Below are positions 60,930 to 64,000 of a stretch of DNA of 64,000 nucleotides, piece by piece (the stretch's first letter is position 1; every line of letters starts with the position of its first letter). Position numbers and translations under genes: made by a program. The notes beneath the pieces are model-generated. The model was not told the origin of the DNA and did not search any database. It worked only from the letters and a program-made list of their open reading frames with translations. Source of the DNA: Girardia tigrina (Eukaryota); assembly GCA_001938485.1 (NCBI GenBank), contig MQRK01254417.1:54283-118282 (forward strand), written 5' to 3'.

Positions 60930-61620
60930 TTATTTTTTTAGATAATCTTGTGTAAGTTTAATGCGTATTATCCAACGATATTCCAAAGCCATTTTACCAT
61001 CATGTAAGAGAGATTCTTCAAGTCTTTCTAAATAGTCGTCGATCACTTCTGTTACTTCTCCTCTAGAAAATGTTTTTCTCATAGAAACTTTTAATAATAA
61101 ATTTAAATCAAAATGATCCAAATCAGGTAAATTAGATTGATATTAGCCACAGGTCGTACTTTGGACTTTTCAATTTTCCCATTGTTTTGATGGGAAAGAG
61201 TCTTCTTACGCAAGCCAGGTCTTCTTTGGTGATTTTTTCTATCTTCTTGATTTAGAAATACAACTAAATATTTATCGTTTACTGTTTATCCTCTGGGAAG
61301 ATAGACAATTGGTGAATATTTTCTGACCATTTGAAAAGACTGACACTAACTTTTCTAGCTGATTTCACGGACATTGCTTTCTTTGGTTGTAAAGAACCGC
61401 TAATTAGTTTCATTACTGATTGATCTCTTGGGTGTCATAGTGAAATTTTATTTTTTGTGACAAATTGTCTGATAAAACAAGTGTAATGTGTGTTTAGACT
61501 TGTCAGATTCTCTTTTTTTCTGAAATGCGCAAAAACCATCTTGTCAAGAGCTTTTTATCCCTAAATAAACAGTTAAGATATGAAATGTTCTTTCATCTGA
61601 TATGCTTATATTCTTATCAA
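60930..61620 (-). mobile_element. Decayed DNA-transposon coding remnant, possibly Sola-like
   Basis: ITLVLSDNLSQKNK resembles the SDNC.GQNKN motif; otherwise fragmented. Confidence 0.3.
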
Positions 61621-63269
61621 TTTTGCAGACCTTAAATTTATAATTTATATTTTCGACGGGTTTAGATTTGAAAGAGCTACAACATTATTCATAATAGACA
61701 TTGAGTTAATTGATTTGACAAAAATATTTAAATAACGTCACGAAAAATACTGTAGAATCAATTTATTTAAAATCAAATAATACCAATCACTAATGCTTAT
61801 GTTGAGGAAGAAGAAGAATACAGTTAATTATACTTAAAATATCCGTATTCTAAAAAAATTTTAAGGTTTTAAGTGATGCGTAGAAGGAGTTGCAGTAGGT
61901 GTTAGAATTAGAATGGCATTTTATAATATTAAAATTTGTAACTACTCAAATAAATCTAAGACACAATTTTGTATGAAAGCAAATTTAGTTTACCAATGCA
62001 CATTCGAAATAGTTGTCTCCGAAACCAACGTTCGAAAGTCTGAAAAAACTTACCCTTGTAGTTTCTTAGGTATGGTTAGAGGATTTTTTGTTTTTATTTG
62101 CACCAAAATTTTATTATTTGAAATAAATTACAAAATCCATGTTAAAAATGATTTAGAAAATTATAATAGTTAACTTAAACTGGACTGATAATGTTTTAAG
62201 GTCGGAAAATGCATTCGAATAAAAATCTTAAAACTAATTCAATGTTAATGAAAGTTATTAATTTACTTATGTCAATTTAAATTGAATTACACCAGAATTA
62301 TAATTAATACAAACATTTTGTCACTTTTATAAGTCAAAATTGAAGGAAACTCTGTCTTATTATTTAACTTTGATAAGATCATTTAACCTTTTTATATGAA
62401 GCATGAAAGGATAAAAAAAGATAAATTTTATTTTCTTCTTAATTATACATTACTAACAAAAAATAGCTAAGGTATTGAGAAAGAATGAAGAAATGAACTG
62501 CAACATGCAACTGTTATGCGGGGCTAAAGATATGGTAAATGAAGAATAAATAACATAGATTTATCTATAATTGGAATACTGCATTCTTTTTCAATATTCT
62601 TCCTTTTAAGTGGTAATGCAAGTCATCCTTTCAAATGTCTTTGTGGTGATGTCATTTCTCACCACATTCAGTAATATTGAACTCCAATGATGTCAAATCT
62701 TATGACATAACTAGAGTTCAAATTCCGGTGATTTCATATGTCATGACATCACCGGAATGNNNNNNNNNNNNNNNNNNNNNNNNNNNNNNNNNNNNNNNNN
62801 NNNNCATATTATATAATATTGCCTTCATATAAAAGGGGGAGATTTCCAAATTTAAATGGTTATTGTACCCAATCTATATTTGATTTAAATATATTTTTAT
62901 TAGCCGAATTTGTGTTCTTTACAGTCTTCAAATAATAACGATAAAATTATATTTGAAAAAGGAAATGCAGATAAAATAAAAAGATGATAAATTAAACGAA
63001 TTTTCAGTCAAAGTTGATAAAAATCATAACAAAATAGAATTAATTTTAATATTAAAGAAAATATTAAATAAGATTAATAAAAGTAAATAAATATTTTAAT
63101 AATTAATTTAGTGTAAAATATTTTCATTTTCTGTCAGCATGGATAATATGATATTATTTTCAGAATCATATTGTAATTTTTATAGAAATATTGTAATTTC
63201 CCACCAATTTTCCTGCTAATTTATTCTGTCTCGTCTATCTGATAAAATTGAGTTTCAAAATCTAGAAAA

Positions 63270-63830
63270 AATGCGCTCGTGTAGGAATTTTTTTAACCCT
63301 TTTCGAATTTTGTGGACAAATTGCGCTCATATAGGTATCTCTTTTTAGAACTCTTTTCGAATTCTATGGACTTATCGCGTTCGTATAGGAATCTGTGTTT
63401 AGACGGATCAAGATAATAGTCTCGAAAATGAAGTGTTGAAAATGAAGTATCGGAAATTAAAATTTTAAAAAAAATAAAAAATTCAAGTCAAATTTAGAAA
63501 GAAACACTTTAAAATTGAATTATTCATTTCTAAAATTACTGATTTTCAGTAAAATTTACTGTAATTTTTCATTTTTTTCTAAATTTTACTTAAAATTTAA
63601 ATTTTTCTAAAATTTACTCGATTTTTTTTATTTTTTTAAATTTATTTTAAAAATTTTAAATTATATTAAAATTTAAGTTTAAAAAAAATAACACTGAGAC
63701 TTAAAATAATGACAAAAATTTTAATTTCTGAGACTTAATTGTCGTACCCCCGTGTTTAGAACCCTTTTCCAATTTTATGGAAACATCGAGCTCGTATAGG
63801 AATCTGTGTTTAGAACCCTTTTCGAATTCA
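63270..63830. repeat. ~51-bp minisatellite interrupted by a TIR-bearing AT-rich insert (~63403-63751)
   Basis: Units GCGCTCGTATAGGAATCTGTGTTTAGAACCCTTTTCGAATTTTATGGA on both sides; insert has imperfect inverted ends (ATAATAGTCTCGAAAAT / ATTTCTGAGACTTAAT). Confidence 0.65.
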
Positions 63831-64000
63831 TAAAATAACAATATCGATGTTTCAGGATAATATTCAGAAATTGACAAAACAGAAAATTAAATGAGAATTT
63901 ATGGATTTTTCAATGCTTTTTATTGTAGTAATTATATTACTTGAGAACTGTTTAGTCTTGCTTTTATTTACTCAAATATTGATATCTTTCTGGAATGTCT

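Noticed and set aside
63270-63830. Regularly spaced repeats as a CRISPR array
   Set aside because: Whole units are tandemly repeated with no unique spacers and no cas genes; it is a eukaryotic minisatellite.

Overview
AT-rich animal genomic DNA with spliceosomal GT-AG introns. The base composition, 44-60 nt mini-introns and mariner load suggest a planarian flatworm, which is inference only. The window lies inside one + strand kinesin-3 gene, a KIF13A/B / Khc-73 orthologue. I traced 19 phase-consistent exons by hand (5387-60371, 3738 nt, about 1246 aa) covering the C-terminal half of the motor, neck coil/CC1, FHA and the KIF13 stalk/tail. The 5' motor exons, and probably the final exons, lie outside the window. 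The large introns (up to 21.6 kb) are filled with decayed, often nested transposons: mariner (several subfamilies), Tc1, Gambol-like DD34E, maT, pogo/Tigger, piggyBac, hAT, Chapaev3, Harbinger, MULE, Gypsy and Penelope-like elements. The most notable observations are: (1) Penelope-like elements bracketed by inverted, hammerhead-ribozyme-bearing terminal repeats, including a fold-back copy with an apparently intact minimal hammerhead and a coding-free double-hammerhead mini-element inside a (TA)n tract; (2) an orphan antisense first coding exon of an NCKX (SLC24) exchanger split by a piggyBac; (3) a perfect hairpin fused to an inverted 250-bp copy of a nearby mariner, resembling a template-switch scar; (4) three near-identical young mariner copies whose interiors are assembly gaps; (5) a Gly-to-Met change in the conserved kinesin helix-4 motif. 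No prokaryote-type system (CRISPR, operon) is present.
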